Under the pieces are notes generated by a model. It did not search any database. It was given only the letters and a program-made list of their open reading frames with translations, and was not told where the DNA came from. DNA of 64,000 nt from Azolla caroliniana (lineage: Eukaryota; Plantae; Polypodiophyta): the NCBI GenBank assembly GCA_043228905.1, contig JBHGNT010000046.1:62001-126000 (forward strand), written 5' to 3'. Below are positions 41,201-54,700 of this stretch, in pieces. The number at the start of each line of letters is the position of its first letter. Position 1 is the stretch's first letter. Position numbers and translations under genes: made by a program.

Positions 41201-44200
41201 GGCTCCTCTCAACTCCCTCCTAAAATTTGGTAATTTCATCATGTCCTTCGACCTGAGTTTCAAAATCTCGATTTTTTAATTCCATAGCATAGCTAGTGCT
41301 GTTAGCTTCGATTCGCATGTTTGAACACAAACATCCGATATCACACGAGCAAGGAATGAACATTTTAATTTACTCAAGGGCTCCTCTCAACTCACTCCTC
41401 AAATTTGGTAATTTCATCATGTCTCTCGACCTGAGTTTCAAAATCTTGATTTTTTAATTCTATATCATAGCTAGCGTTGTTAGCTTCGATTCGAATGTTT
41501 GAACACAAAAATCCGATATCACACGAGCCAGGTATGAACATTTTAATTTACTCAAGGGCTCTTCTCAACTCACTCCTCAAATTTGGTAATTTCGTCATGT
41601 CTCTCGACTTGAGTTTCAAAATCTTGATTTTTTAATTGCATATCATAGCTAGCGTTGTTAGCTTCGATTCGCATGTTTGAACACAAAAATCCGATATCAC
41701 ACGAGCCAGGTATGAACATTTTAATTTACTCAAGGGCTCCTCTCAACTCACTCGTCAAATTTGGTAATTTCGTCATGTCTCTCGACCTGAGTTTCATAAT
41801 CTCGATTTTTTAATTCCATATCATAGCTAGCGATGTTAGCTTCGATTCGCATGTTTGAACACAAAAATCCGATATCACACGAGCCAGGTATGAACATTTT
41901 CATTTACCTCCAAGCTATTCTCAACTTACTCCTCAAACTTCCTAATTTCATCATGTCTCTCGACCTGAGTTTCAAAAACTTGATTTTTTAATTCTATATC
42001 ATAGCTAGCGTTGTTAGCTTCGATTCGCATGTTTGAACACAAAAATCCGATATCACACGAGCCAGGTATGAACATTTTAATTTACTCAAGGGCTCCTCTC
42101 AACTCCCTCCTCAAATTTGGTAATTTCTTCATGTCTCTCGACCTGAGTTTCAAAATCCTTATTTTGTAAATCCATATCATAGCTAGCGTTGTTAGCTTCG
42201 ATTCGCATGTTTGAACTCAAAAATCCGATATCACACGACCCAGGTATGAACATTTTAATTTACTCAAGGGCTCTTCCCAACTCACTCCTCAAATTTGGTA
42301 ATTTCGTCATGTCTCTCGACCTGAGTTTCAAAATCTTGGTTTTTTAATGCCATATCATAGCTAGCGTTGTTAGCTTCGATTCGCATGTTTGAACACAAAC
42401 ATCCGATATCACACGAGCAAGGAATGAACATTTTAATTTACTCAAGGGCTCCTCTCAACTGCCTCCTAAAATTTGGTAATTTCATCATGTCTTTCGACCT
42501 GAGTTTCAAAATCTCGATTTTTTAATTCCATAGCATAGCTAGTGCTGTTAGCTTCGATTCGCATGTTTGAACACAAACATCCGATATCACACGAGCAAGG
42601 AATGAACATTTTAATTTACTCAAGGGCTCCTCTCAACTCACTCCTCAAATTTGGTAATTTCGTCATGTCTCTCGACCTGAGTTTCAAAATCTTGATTTTT
42701 TAATTCTATATCATAGCTAGCGTTGTTAGCTTCGATTCGCATGTTTGAACACAAAAATCCGATATGACACTCGCGAGGTATGAACATTTTAATTTTCCTA
42801 CTAGCTCTTCCCAACTCACTCCTCAAATTTGGTAATTTCGTCATGTCTCTCGACTTGAGTTTCAAAATCTTGATTTTTTAATTGCATATCATAGCTAGGG
42901 TTGTTAGCTTCGATTCGCATGTTTGAACACAAAAATCCGATATCACACGAGCCAGGTATGAACATTTTAATTTACTCAAGGGCTCCTCTCAACTCACTCG
43001 TCAAATTTGGTAATTTCGTCATGTCTCTCGACCTGAGTTTCATAATCTCGATTTTTTAATTCCATATCATAGCTAGCGATGTTAGCTTCGATTCGCATGT
43101 TTGAACACAAAAATCCGATATCACACGAGCCAGGTATGAACATTTTCATTTACCTCCAAGCTATTCTCAACTTACTCCTCAAACTTGCTAATTTCATCAT
43201 GTCTCTTAACCTGAGTTTCAAAAACTTGATTTTTTAATTCTATATCATAACTAGCGTTGTTAGCTTCGATTCGCATGTTTGAACACAAAAATCCGATATC
43301 ACACGAGCCAGGTATGAACATTTTAATTTACTCAAGGGCTCCTCTCAACTCACTCCTCAAATTTGGTAATTTCTTCATGTCTCTCGACCTGAGTTTCAAA
43401 ATCTCGATTTTTTAATTCCATAGCATAGCTAGTGTTGTTAGCTTCGATTCGCATGTTTGAGCACAGAAATCCGATATCACACGAGCCACGTATGAAAATT
43501 TTAATTTACTCAAGGGCTCCTCTCAACTCACTACTGAAATTTGGTAATTTCATCATGTCTCTCGACCGGAGTTTCAAAATCTTGATTTTTTAATTCGATA
43601 TCATAGCTAGCGTTGTTAGCTTCGATTCGCATGTTTGAACACAAAAATCCGATATCACACTCGCCAGGTATGAACATTTTAATTTACCTACTAACTCTTC
43701 CCAACTCACTCCTCAAATTTGGTAATTTCGTCATGTCTCTCGACCTGAGTTTCAAAATCTTGATTTTTTAATTCCATATCATAGCTAGCGTTGTTAGCTT
43801 CGATTCGCATTTTTGAGCACAAAAATTCGATATCACACTCGCCAGGTATGAACATTTTAATTTACTCAAGGCCTCCTCTCAACTCCCTCCTCATGTTTGG
43901 TAATTTCGTCATGTCTCTCGACCTGAGTTTCAAAATCTTGATTTTTTAATTCCATATCATAGCTAGCGTTGTTAGCTTCGATTCGCATGTTTGAACACAA
44001 AAATTCGATATCACACTCGCCAGGTATGAACATTTTAATTTACTCAAGGGCTCCTCTCAACTCACTCCTCAAATTTGGTAATTTCGTCATGTCTCTCGAC
44101 CTGAGTTTCAAAATCTTGATTTTTTAATTCGATATCATAGCTAGCGTTTTTAGCTTCGATTCGCATGTTTGAACACAAAAATCCGATAGCACACGAGCCA

Positions 44201-47200
44201 GGTATGAACATTTTAATTTACTCAAGGGCTCCTCTCAACTCACTCCTGAAATTTGGTTATTTCATCATGTCTCTCGACCTGAGTTTCAAAATCTTGATTT
44301 TTTAATTCCATATCATAGCTAGCGTTGTTAGCTTCGATTCGCATGTTTGAACACAAAAATCCGATATTACACGAGCCAGGTATGAACATTGTATTTTACT
44401 CAAGGGCTCCTCTCAACTCCCTGCTAAAATTTGGTAATTTCATCATGTCTTTCGACCTGAGTTTCAAAATCTCGTTTTTTTAATTCCATAGCATAGCTAG
44501 TGTTGTTAGCTTCGATTCGCATGTTTGAGCACAAAAATCCGATATCACACGAGCCACGTATGAACATTTTAATTTACCTCCAAGCTATTCTCAACTGACT
44601 CCTCAAATTTGCTAATTTCGTCATGGCTGTCGACCTGAGTTTCAAAATCTTGATTTTTTAATTCCATATCATAGCTAGCGTTGTTAGCTTCGATTCGCAT
44701 GTTTGAGCACTAAAATTCGATATCACACTCGCCAGGTATGAACATTTTAATTTACTCAAGGGCTCCTCTCAACTCACTCCTCAAATTTGGTAATTTCGTC
44801 ATGTCTCTCGACCTGAGTTTCAAAATCTTGATTTTTTAATTCGATATCATAGCTAGCGTTGATAGCTTCGATTCGCATGTTTGAACACAAAAATCCGATA
44901 GCACACGAGCCAGGTATGAACATTTTAATTTACTCAAGGGCTCCTCTCAACTCACTCGTCAAATTTGGTAATTTCGTCATGGTTCTCGACCTGAGTTTCA
45001 TAATCTTGATTTTTTAATTCCATATCATAGCTAGCGATGTTAGCTTCGATTCGCATGTTTGAACACAAAAATCCGATATCACACGAGCCAGGTATGAACA
45101 TTTTCATTTACCTCCAAGCTATTCTCAACTTACTCCTCAAATTTGCTAATTTCATCATGTCTCTCGACCTGAGTTTCAAAATCTTGATTTTTTAATGCCA
45201 TATCATAGCTAGCGTTGTTAGCTTCGATTCGCATGTTTGAGGACCAAAATTCGATATCACACGAGCCAGGTATGAACATTTTAATTTACTCAAGGGCTCC
45301 TCTCAACTCACTCCTCAAATTTGGTAATTTCATCATATCTCTCGACCTGAGTTTCAAAATCTTGATTTTTTAATTCCATATCATAGCTAGCGTTGTTAGC
45401 TTCGATTCGCATGTTTGAACACAAAAAACCGATATCACACGAGCCACGTATGAACATTTTAGTTTTCCTACTAGCTCTTCCCAACTCACTCCTCAAATTT
45501 GCTAATTTCGTCATGTCTCTCGACCTGAGTTTCAAAATCTTGATTTTTTAATTGCATATTATAGCTAGCGCTGTCAGCTTCGATACGCATGTTTGAACAC
45601 AAAAATCCGATATCACACGAGCAAGGTATGAACATTTTGTTTTACTCAAGGGCTCCTCTCAACTCCCTCCTCATGTTTGGTAATTTCGTCATGTCTCTCG
45701 ACCTGAGTTTCAAAATCTTGATTTTTTAATTCCATATCATAGCTAGCGTTGTTAGCTTCGATTCGCATGTTTGAACACAAAAATCAGATATTACACGAGC
45801 CAGGTATGAACATTGTATTTTACTCAAGGGCTCCTCTGAACTCCCTCCTAAAATTTGGTAATTTCATCATGTCTTTCGACCTGAGTTTCAAAATCTCGAT
45901 TATTTAATTCCATATCATAGCTAGTGTTGTTAGCTTCGATTCACATGTTTGAGCACAAAATTCCGATATCACACGAGCCACGTATGAACATTTTATTTTA
46001 CCTCCAAGCTATTCTCAACTCACTCGTCAAATTTGGTAATTTCGTCATGTCTCTCGACCTGAGTTTCAAAATCTTGATTTTTTAATTCCATATCATAGCT
46101 AGCACTGTTAGCTTCGATTCGCATGTTTGAACACAAAAATCCGATATCACACGAGCAAGGTATGAACATTTTGTTTTACTCAAGGGCTCTTCTCAACTCC
46201 CTCCTCATGTTTGGTAATTTCGTCATGTCTCTCGACCTGAGTTTCAAAATCTTGATTTTTTAATTCCATATCATAGCTAGCGTTGTTAGCTTCGATTCGC
46301 ATGTTTGAGCACAAAAATTCGATATCACACTCGCCAGGTATAAACATTTTAATTTACTCAAGGCCTCCTCTCAACTAACTCCTCAAATTTGGTAATTTCG
46401 TCATGTCTCTCGACCTGAGTTTCAAAATCTTGATTTTTTAATTCCATATCATAGCTAGCGTTGATAGCTTCGATTCGCATGTTTGAACACAAAAATCCGA
46501 TATCACACGAGCCAGGTATGAACATTTTAATTTACTCAAGGGCTCCTCTCAACTCACTCGTCAAATTTGGTAATTTCGTCATGGTTCTCGACCTGAGTTT
46601 CATAATCTTGATTTTTTAATTCCATATCATAGCTAGCGATGTTAGCTGCGATTCGCATGTTTGACCACAAAAATCCGATATCACACGAGCCACGTATGAA
46701 CATTTTAATTTTCCTACTAGCTCTTCCCAACTCACTCCTCAAATTTGCTAATCTCGTCATGTCTCTCGACCTGAGTTTCAAAATATTGATTTTTTAATTG
46801 CATATTATAGCTAGCGCTGTCAGCTTCGATACGCATGTTTGAACACAAAAATCCGATATCACACGAGCAAGGTATGAACATTTTGTTTTACTCAAGGGCT
46901 CCTCTCAACTCCCTCCTCATGTTTGGTAATTTCGTCATGTCTCTCGACCTGAGTTTTTCAAAATCTTGATTTTTTAATGCCATATCATAGCTAGCGTTGT
47001 TAGCTTCGATTCGCATGTTTGAACACAAAAATCCGATATTACACGAGCCAGGTATGAACATTGTATTTTACTCAAGGGCTCCTCTGAACTCCCTCCTAAA
47101 ATTTGGAAATTTCATCATGTCTTTCGACCTGAGTTTCAAAATCTCGATTTTTTAATTCCATATCATAGCTAGTGTTGTTAGCTTCGATTCGCATGTTTGA

Positions 47201-48780
47201 GCACAAAAATCCGATATCACACGAGCCACGTATGAACATTTTATTTTACCTCCAAGCTATTCTCAACTCACTCGTCAAATTTGGTAATTTCGTCATGTCT
47301 CTCCACCTGAGTTTCAAAATCTTGATTTTTTAATTCCATATCATAGCTAGCGCTGTTAGCTTCGATTCGCATGTTTGAACACAAAAATCCGATATCACAC
47401 GAGCAAGGAATGAACATTTTCATTTACTCAAGGGCTCCTCTCAACTCACTCCTCAAATTTGGTAATTTCGTCATGTCTCTCGACCTGAGTTTCAAAATCT
47501 TGATTTTTTAATGCCATATCATAGCTAGCGTTGTTAGCTTCGATTCGCATGTTTGAACACAAACATCCGATATCACACGAGCAAGGAATGAACATTTTAA
47601 TTTACTCAAGGGCTCCTCTCAACTCCCTCCTAAAATTTGGTAATTTCATCATGTCTTTCGACCTGAGTTTCAAAATCTCGATTTTTTAATTCCATAGCAT
47701 AGCTAGTGCTGTTAGCTTCGATTCGCATGTTTGAACACAAACATCCGATATCACACGAGCAAGGAATGAACATTTTAATTTACTCAAGGGCTCCTCTCAA
47801 CTCACTCCTCAAATTTGGTAATTTCATCATGTCTCTCGACCTGAGTTTCAAAATCTTGATTTTTTAATTCCATATCATAGCTAGCGTTGTTAGCTTCGAT
47901 TCGCATGTTTGAGCACAAAAATTCGATATCACACTCGCCAGGTATGAACATTTTAATTTACTCAAGGCCTCGTCTCAACTAACTCCTCAAATTTGGTAAT
48001 TTCGTCATGTCTCTCGACCTGAGTTTCAAAATCTTGATTTTTTAATTCCATATCATAGCTAGCGTTGTTAGCTTCGATTCGCATGTTTGAACACAAAAAT
48101 CCGATATCACACGAGCTAGGTATGAACATTTTAATTTACTCAAGGGCTCCTCTCAACTCACTCCTCAAATATGGTAATTTCGTCATGTCTCTCGACCTGA
48201 GTTTCAAAATCTTGATTTTTTATTTCGATATCATAGCTAGCGTTGTTAGCTTCGATTCGCATGTTTGAACACAAAAATGCGATATAACACGAGCCAGGTA
48301 TGAACATTTTAATTTACCTCCAAGCTATTCTCAACTGTCTCCTCAAATTTGCTAATTTCATCATGTCTCTCGACCTGAGTTTCAAAATCTTAATTTTTTA
48401 ATTCTATATCATAGCTAGGGTTGTTATCTTCGATTCGCATGTTTGAACACAAAAATTCGATATCACACTCGCCAGGTATGAACATTTTAATTTACTCAAG
48501 GGCTCCTCTCAACTCACTCCTCAAATTTGGTAATTTCGTCATGTCTCTCGACCTGAGTTTCAAAATCTTGATTTTTTAATTCGATATCATAGCTAGCGTT
48601 GTTAGCTTCGATTCGCATGTTTGAACACAAAAATCCGATAGCACACGAGCCAGGTATGAACATTTTTATTTACTCAAGGGCTCCTCTCAACTCACTCCTG
48701 AAATTTGGTAATTTCATCATGTCTCTCGACTTGAGTTTCAAAATCTTGATTTTTTAATTCCATATCATAGCTAGTGCTGT
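38230..48780 (+). repeat. Dispersed block duplication: about 38230-40940 recurs at about 46060-48780 (offset 44 monomers)
   Basis: ORF pairs 38722/46554 (7832 = 44x178) and 40231/48065 (7834, after the 2-bp insertion). Shared private markers are gctaatctcg, aaatattgat and ctctccacct. Confidence 0.87.
41100..43400 (+). repeat. Diverged 7-monomer duplication (1246 bp)
   Basis: attgcatatc (41635/42881), aaactt (41935/43181), cataatctcg and aatttcttcatg recur at +1246, but there are several differences between the copies. Confidence 0.75.
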
Positions 48781-51700
48781 TAGCTTCGATTCGCATGTTT
48801 GAACACAAACATCCGATATCACACGAGCAAGGAATGAACATTTTAATTTACTCAAGGGCTCCTCTCAACTCACTCCTCAAATTTGGTAATTTCATCATGT
48901 CTCTCGACTTGAGTTTCAAAATCTTGATTTTTTAATTCCATATCATAGCTAGTGCTGTTAGCTTCGATTCGCATGTTTGAACACAAACATCCGATATAAC
49001 ACGAGCAAGGAATGAACATTTTAATTTACTCAAGGGCTCCTCTCAACTCCCTCCTAAAATTTGGTAATTTCATCATGTCCCTCTACCTGAGTTTCAAAAT
49101 CTTGATTTTTTAATTCTATATCATAGCTAGCGTTGTTAGCTTCGATTCGCATGTTTGAACACAAAAATCCGATATGACACTCGCGAGGTATGAACATTTT
49201 AATTTTCCTACTAGCTCTTCCCAACTCACTCCTCAAATTTGGTAATTTCGTCATGCCTCTCGACCTGAGTTTCAAAATCTTGATTTTTTAATTCCATATC
49301 ATAGCTAGCGTTGTTAGCTTCGATTCGCATGTTTGAACACAAAAATCCGATATTACACGAGCCAGGTATGAACATTGTATTTTACTCAAGGGCTCCTCTG
49401 AACTCCCTCCTAAAATTTGGTAATTTCATCATGTCTTTCGACCTGAGTTTCAAAATCTCGATTTTTTAATTCCATATCATAGCTAGTGTTGTTAGCTTCG
49501 ATTCGCATGTTTGAGCACAAAAATCCGATATCACACGAGCCACGTATGAACATTTTATTTTACCTCCAAGCTATTCTCAACTCACTCGTCAAATTTGGTA
49601 ATTTCGTCATGTCTCTCGACCTGAGTTTCAAAATCTTGATTTTTTAATTCCATATCATAGCTAGCGCTGTTAGCTTCGATTCGCATGTTTGAACACAAAA
49701 ATCCGATATCACACGAGCAAGGAATGAACATTTTCATTTACTCAAGGGCTCCTCTCAACTCACTCCTCAAATTTGGTAATTTCGTCATGTCTCTCGACCT
49801 GAGTTTCAAAATCTTGATTTTTTAATGCCATATCATAGCTAGCGTTGTTAGCTTCGATTCGCATGTTTGAACACAAACATCCGATATCACACGAGCAAGG
49901 AATGAACATTTTAATTTACTCAAGGGCTCCTCTCAACTCCCTCCTAAAATTTGGTAATTTCATCATGTCTTTCGACCTGAGTTTCAAAATCTCGATTTTT
50001 TAATTCCATAGCATAGCTAGTGCTGTTAGCTTCGATACGCATGTTTGAACACAAACATCCGATATCACACGAGCAAGGAATGAACATTTTAATTTACTCA
50101 AGGGCTCCTCTCAACTCACTCCTCAAATTTGGTAATTTCATCATGTCTCTCGACCTGAGTTTCAAAATCTTGATTTTTTAATTCCATATCATAGCTAGCG
50201 TTGTTAGCTTCGATTCGCATGTTTGAGCACAAAAATTCGATATCACACTCGCCAGGTATGAACATTTTAATTTACTCAAGGCCTCCTCTCAACTAACTCC
50301 TCAAATTTGGTAATTTCGTCATGTCTCTCGACCTGAGTTTCAAAATCTTGATTTTTTAATTCCATATCATAGCTAGCGTTGTTAGCTTCGATTCGCATGT
50401 TTGAACACAAAAATCCGATATCACACGAGCTAGGTATGAACATTTTAATTTACTCAAGGGCTCCTCTCAACTCACTCCTCAAATATGGTAATTTCGTCAT
50501 GTCTCTCGACCTGAGTTTCAAAATCTTGATTTTTTATGTCTATATCATAGCTAGCGTTGTTAGCTTCGATTCGCATGTTTGAACACAAAAATGCGATATA
50601 ACACGAGCCAGGTATGAACATTTTAATTTACCTCCAAGCTATTCTCAACTGTCTCCTCAAATTTGCTAATTTCATCATGTCTCTCGACCTGAGTTTCAAA
50701 ATCTTGATTTTTTAATTCTATATCATAGCTAGCGTTGTTAGCTTCGATTCGCATGTTTGAACACAAAAATTCGATATCACACTCGCCAGGTATGAACATT
50801 TTAATTTACTCAAGGGCTCCTCTCAACTCACTCCTCAAATTTGGTAATTTCGTCATGTCTCTCGACCTGAGTTTCAAAATCTTGATTTTTTAATTCGATA
50901 TCATAGCTAGCGTTGTTAGCTTCGATTCGCATGTTTGAACACAAAAATCCGATAGCACACTAGCCAGGTATGAACATTTTAATTTACTCAAGGGCTCCTC
51001 TCAACTCACTCCTGAAATTTGGTAATTTCATCATGTCTCTTGACTTGAGTTTCAAAATCTTGATTTTTTAATTCCATATCATAGCTAGTGCTGTTAGCTT
51101 CGATTCGCATGTTTGAACACAAACATCCGATATCACACGAGCAAGGAATGAACATTTTAATTTACTCAAGGGCTCTTCTCAACTCACTCCTCAAATTTGG
51201 TAATTTCATCATGTCTCTCGACTTGAGTTTCAAAATCTTGATTTTTTAATTCCATATCATAGCTAGCGCTGTTAGCTTCGATTCGCATGTTTGAACACAA
51301 AAATCCGATATCACACGAGCAAGGAATGAACATTTTCATTTACTCAAGGGCTCCTCTCAACTCACTCCTCAAATTTGGTAATTTCGTCATGTCTCTCGAC
51401 CTGAGTTTCAAAATCTTGATTTTTTAATGCCATATCATAGCTAGCGTTGTTAGCTTCGATTCGCATGTTTGAACACAAACATCCGATATCACACGAGCAA
51501 GGAATGAACATTTTAATTTACTCAAGGGCTCCTCTCAACTCCCTCCTAAAATTTGGTAATTTCATCATGTCTTTCGACCTGAGTTTCAAAATCTCGATTT
51601 TTTAATTCCATAGCATAGCTAGTGCTGTTAGCTTCGATTCGCATGTTTGAACACAAACATCCGATATCACACGAGCAAGGAATGAACATTTTAATTTACT

Positions 51701-54700
51701 CAAGGGCTCCTCTCAACTCACTCCTCAAATTTGGTAATTTCATCATGTCTCTCGACCTGAGTTTCAAAATCTTGATTTTTTAATTCCATATCATAGCTAG
51801 CGTTGTTAGCTTCGATTCGCATGTTTGAGCACAAAAATTCGATATCACACTCGCCAGGTATGAACATTTTAATTTACTCAAGGCCTCCTCTCAACTAACT
51901 CCTCAAATTTGGTAATTTCGTCATGTCTCTCGACCTGAGTTTCAAAATCTTGATTTTTTAATTCCATATCATAGCTAGCGTTGTTAGCTTCGATTCGCAT
52001 GTTTGAACACAAAAATCCGATAGCACACTAGCCAGGTATGAACATTTTAATTTACTCAAGGGCTCCTTTCAACTCACTCCTCAAATATGGTAATTTCGTC
52101 ATGTCTCTCGACCTGAGTTTCAAAATCTTGATTTTTTATTTCGATATCATAGCTAGCGTTGTTAGCTTCGATTCGCATGTTTGAACACAAAAATGCGATA
52201 TAACACGAGCCAGGTATGAACATTTTAATTTACCTCCAAGCTATTCTCAACTGTCTCCTCAAATTTGCTAATTTCATCATGTCTCTCGACCTGAGTTTCA
52301 AAATCTTGATTTTTTAATTCTATATCATAGCTAGCGTTGTTATCTTCGATTCGCATGTTTGAACACAAAAATTCGATATCACACTCGCCAGGTATGAACA
52401 TTTTAATTTACTCAAGGGCTCCTCTCAACTCACTCCTCAAATTTGGTAATTTCGTCATGTCTCTCGACCTGAGTTTCAAAATCTTGATTTTTTAATTCGA
52501 TATCATAGCTAGCGTTGTTAGCTTCGATTCGCATGTTTGAACACAAAAATCCGATAGCACACGAGCCAGGTATGAACATTTTTATTTACTCAAGGGCTCC
52601 TCTCAACTCACTCCTGAAATTTGGTAATTTCATCATGTCTCTCGACTTGAGTTTCAAAATCTTGATTTTTTAATTCCATATCATAGCTAGTGCTGTTAGC
52701 TTCGATTCGCATGTTTGAACACAAACATCCGATATCACACGAGCAAGGAATGAACATTTTAATTTACTCAAGGGCTCCTCTCAACTCACTCCTCAAATTT
52801 GGTAATTTCATCATGTCTCTCGACTTGAGTTTCAAAATCTTGATTTTTTAATTCCATATCATAGCTAGTGCTGTTAGCTTCGATTCGCATGTTTGAACAC
52901 AAACATCCGATATAACACGAGCAAGGAATGAACATTTTAATTTACTCAAGGGCTCCTCTCAACTCCCTCCTAAAATTTGGTAATTTCATCATGTCCCTCT
53001 ACCTGAGTTTCAAAATCTTGATTTTTTAATTCTATATCATAGCTAGCGTTGTTAGCTTCGATTCGCATGTTTGAACACAAAAATCCGATATGACACTCGC
53101 GAGGTATGAACATTTTAATTTTCCTACTAGCTCTTCCCAACTCACTCCTCAAATTTGGTAATTTCGTCATGTCTCTCGACCTGAGTTTCAAAATCTTGAT
53201 TTTTTAATTCCATATCATAGCTAGCGTTGTTAGCTTCGATTCCCATGTTTGAACACAAAAATCCGATATTACACGAGCCAGGTATGAACATTGTATTTTA
53301 CTCAAGGGCTCCTCTGAACTCCCTCCTAAAATTTGGTAATTTCATCATGTCTTTCGACCTGAGTTTCAAAATCTCGATTTTTTAATTCCATATCATAGCT
53401 AGTGTTGTTAGCTTCGATTCGCATGTTTGAGCACAAAAATCCGATATCACACGAGCCACGTATGAACATTTTATTTTACCTCCAAGCTATTCTCAACTCA
53501 CTCGTCAAATTTGGTAATTTCGTCATGTCTCTCGACCTGAGTTTCAAAATCTTGATTTTTTAATTCCATATCATAGCTAGCGCTGCTAGCTTCGATTCGC
53601 ATGTTTGAACACAAAAATCCGATATCACACGAGCAAGGAATGAACATTTTCATTTACTCAAGGGCTCCTCTCAACTCACTCCTCAAATTTGGTAATTTCG
53701 TCATGTCTCTCGACCTGAGTTTCAAAATCTTGATTTTTTAATGCCATATCATAGCTAGCGTTGTTAGCTTCGATTCGCATGTTTGAACACAAACATCCGA
53801 TATCACACGAGCAAGGAATGAACATTTTAATTTACTCAAGGGCTCCTCTCAACTCCCTCCTAAAATTTGGTAATTTCATCATGTCTTTCGACCTGAGTTT
53901 CAAAATCTCGATTTTTTAATTCCATAGCATAGCTAGTGCTGTTAGCTTCGATACGCATGTTTGAACACAAACATCCGATATCACACGAGCAAGGAATGAA
54001 CATTTTAATTTACTCAAGGGCTCCTCTCAACTCACTCCTCAAATTTGGTAATTTCATCATGTCTCTCGACCTGAGTTTCAAAATCTTGATTTTTTAATTC
54101 CATATCATAGCTAGCGTTGTTAGCTTCGATTCGCATGTTTGAGCACAAAAATTCGATATCACACTCGCCAGGTATGAACATTTTAATTTACTCAAGGCCT
54201 CCTCTCAACTAACTCCTCAAATTTGGTAATTTCGTCATGTCTCTCGACCTGAGTTTCAAAATCTTGATTTTTTAATTCCATATCATAGCTAGCGTTGTTA
54301 GCTTCGATTCGCATGTTTGAACACAAAAATCCGATATCACACGAGCTAGGTATGAACATTTTAATTTACTCAAGGGCTCCTCTCAACTCACTCCTCAAAT
54401 TTGGTAATTTCGTCATGTCTCTCGACCTGAGTTTCAAAATCTTGATTTTTTAATTCGATATCATAGCTAGCGTTGTTAGCTTCGATTCGCATGTTTGAAC
54501 ACAAAAATCCGATAGCACACTAGCCAGGTATGAACATTTTAATTTACTCAAGGGCTCCTCTCAACTCACTCCTGAAATTTGGTAATTTCATCATGTCTCT
54601 TGACTTGAGTTTCAAAATCTTGATTTTTTAATTCCATATCATAGCTAGTGCTGTTAGCTTCGATTCGCATGTTTGAACACAAACATCCGATATCACACGA

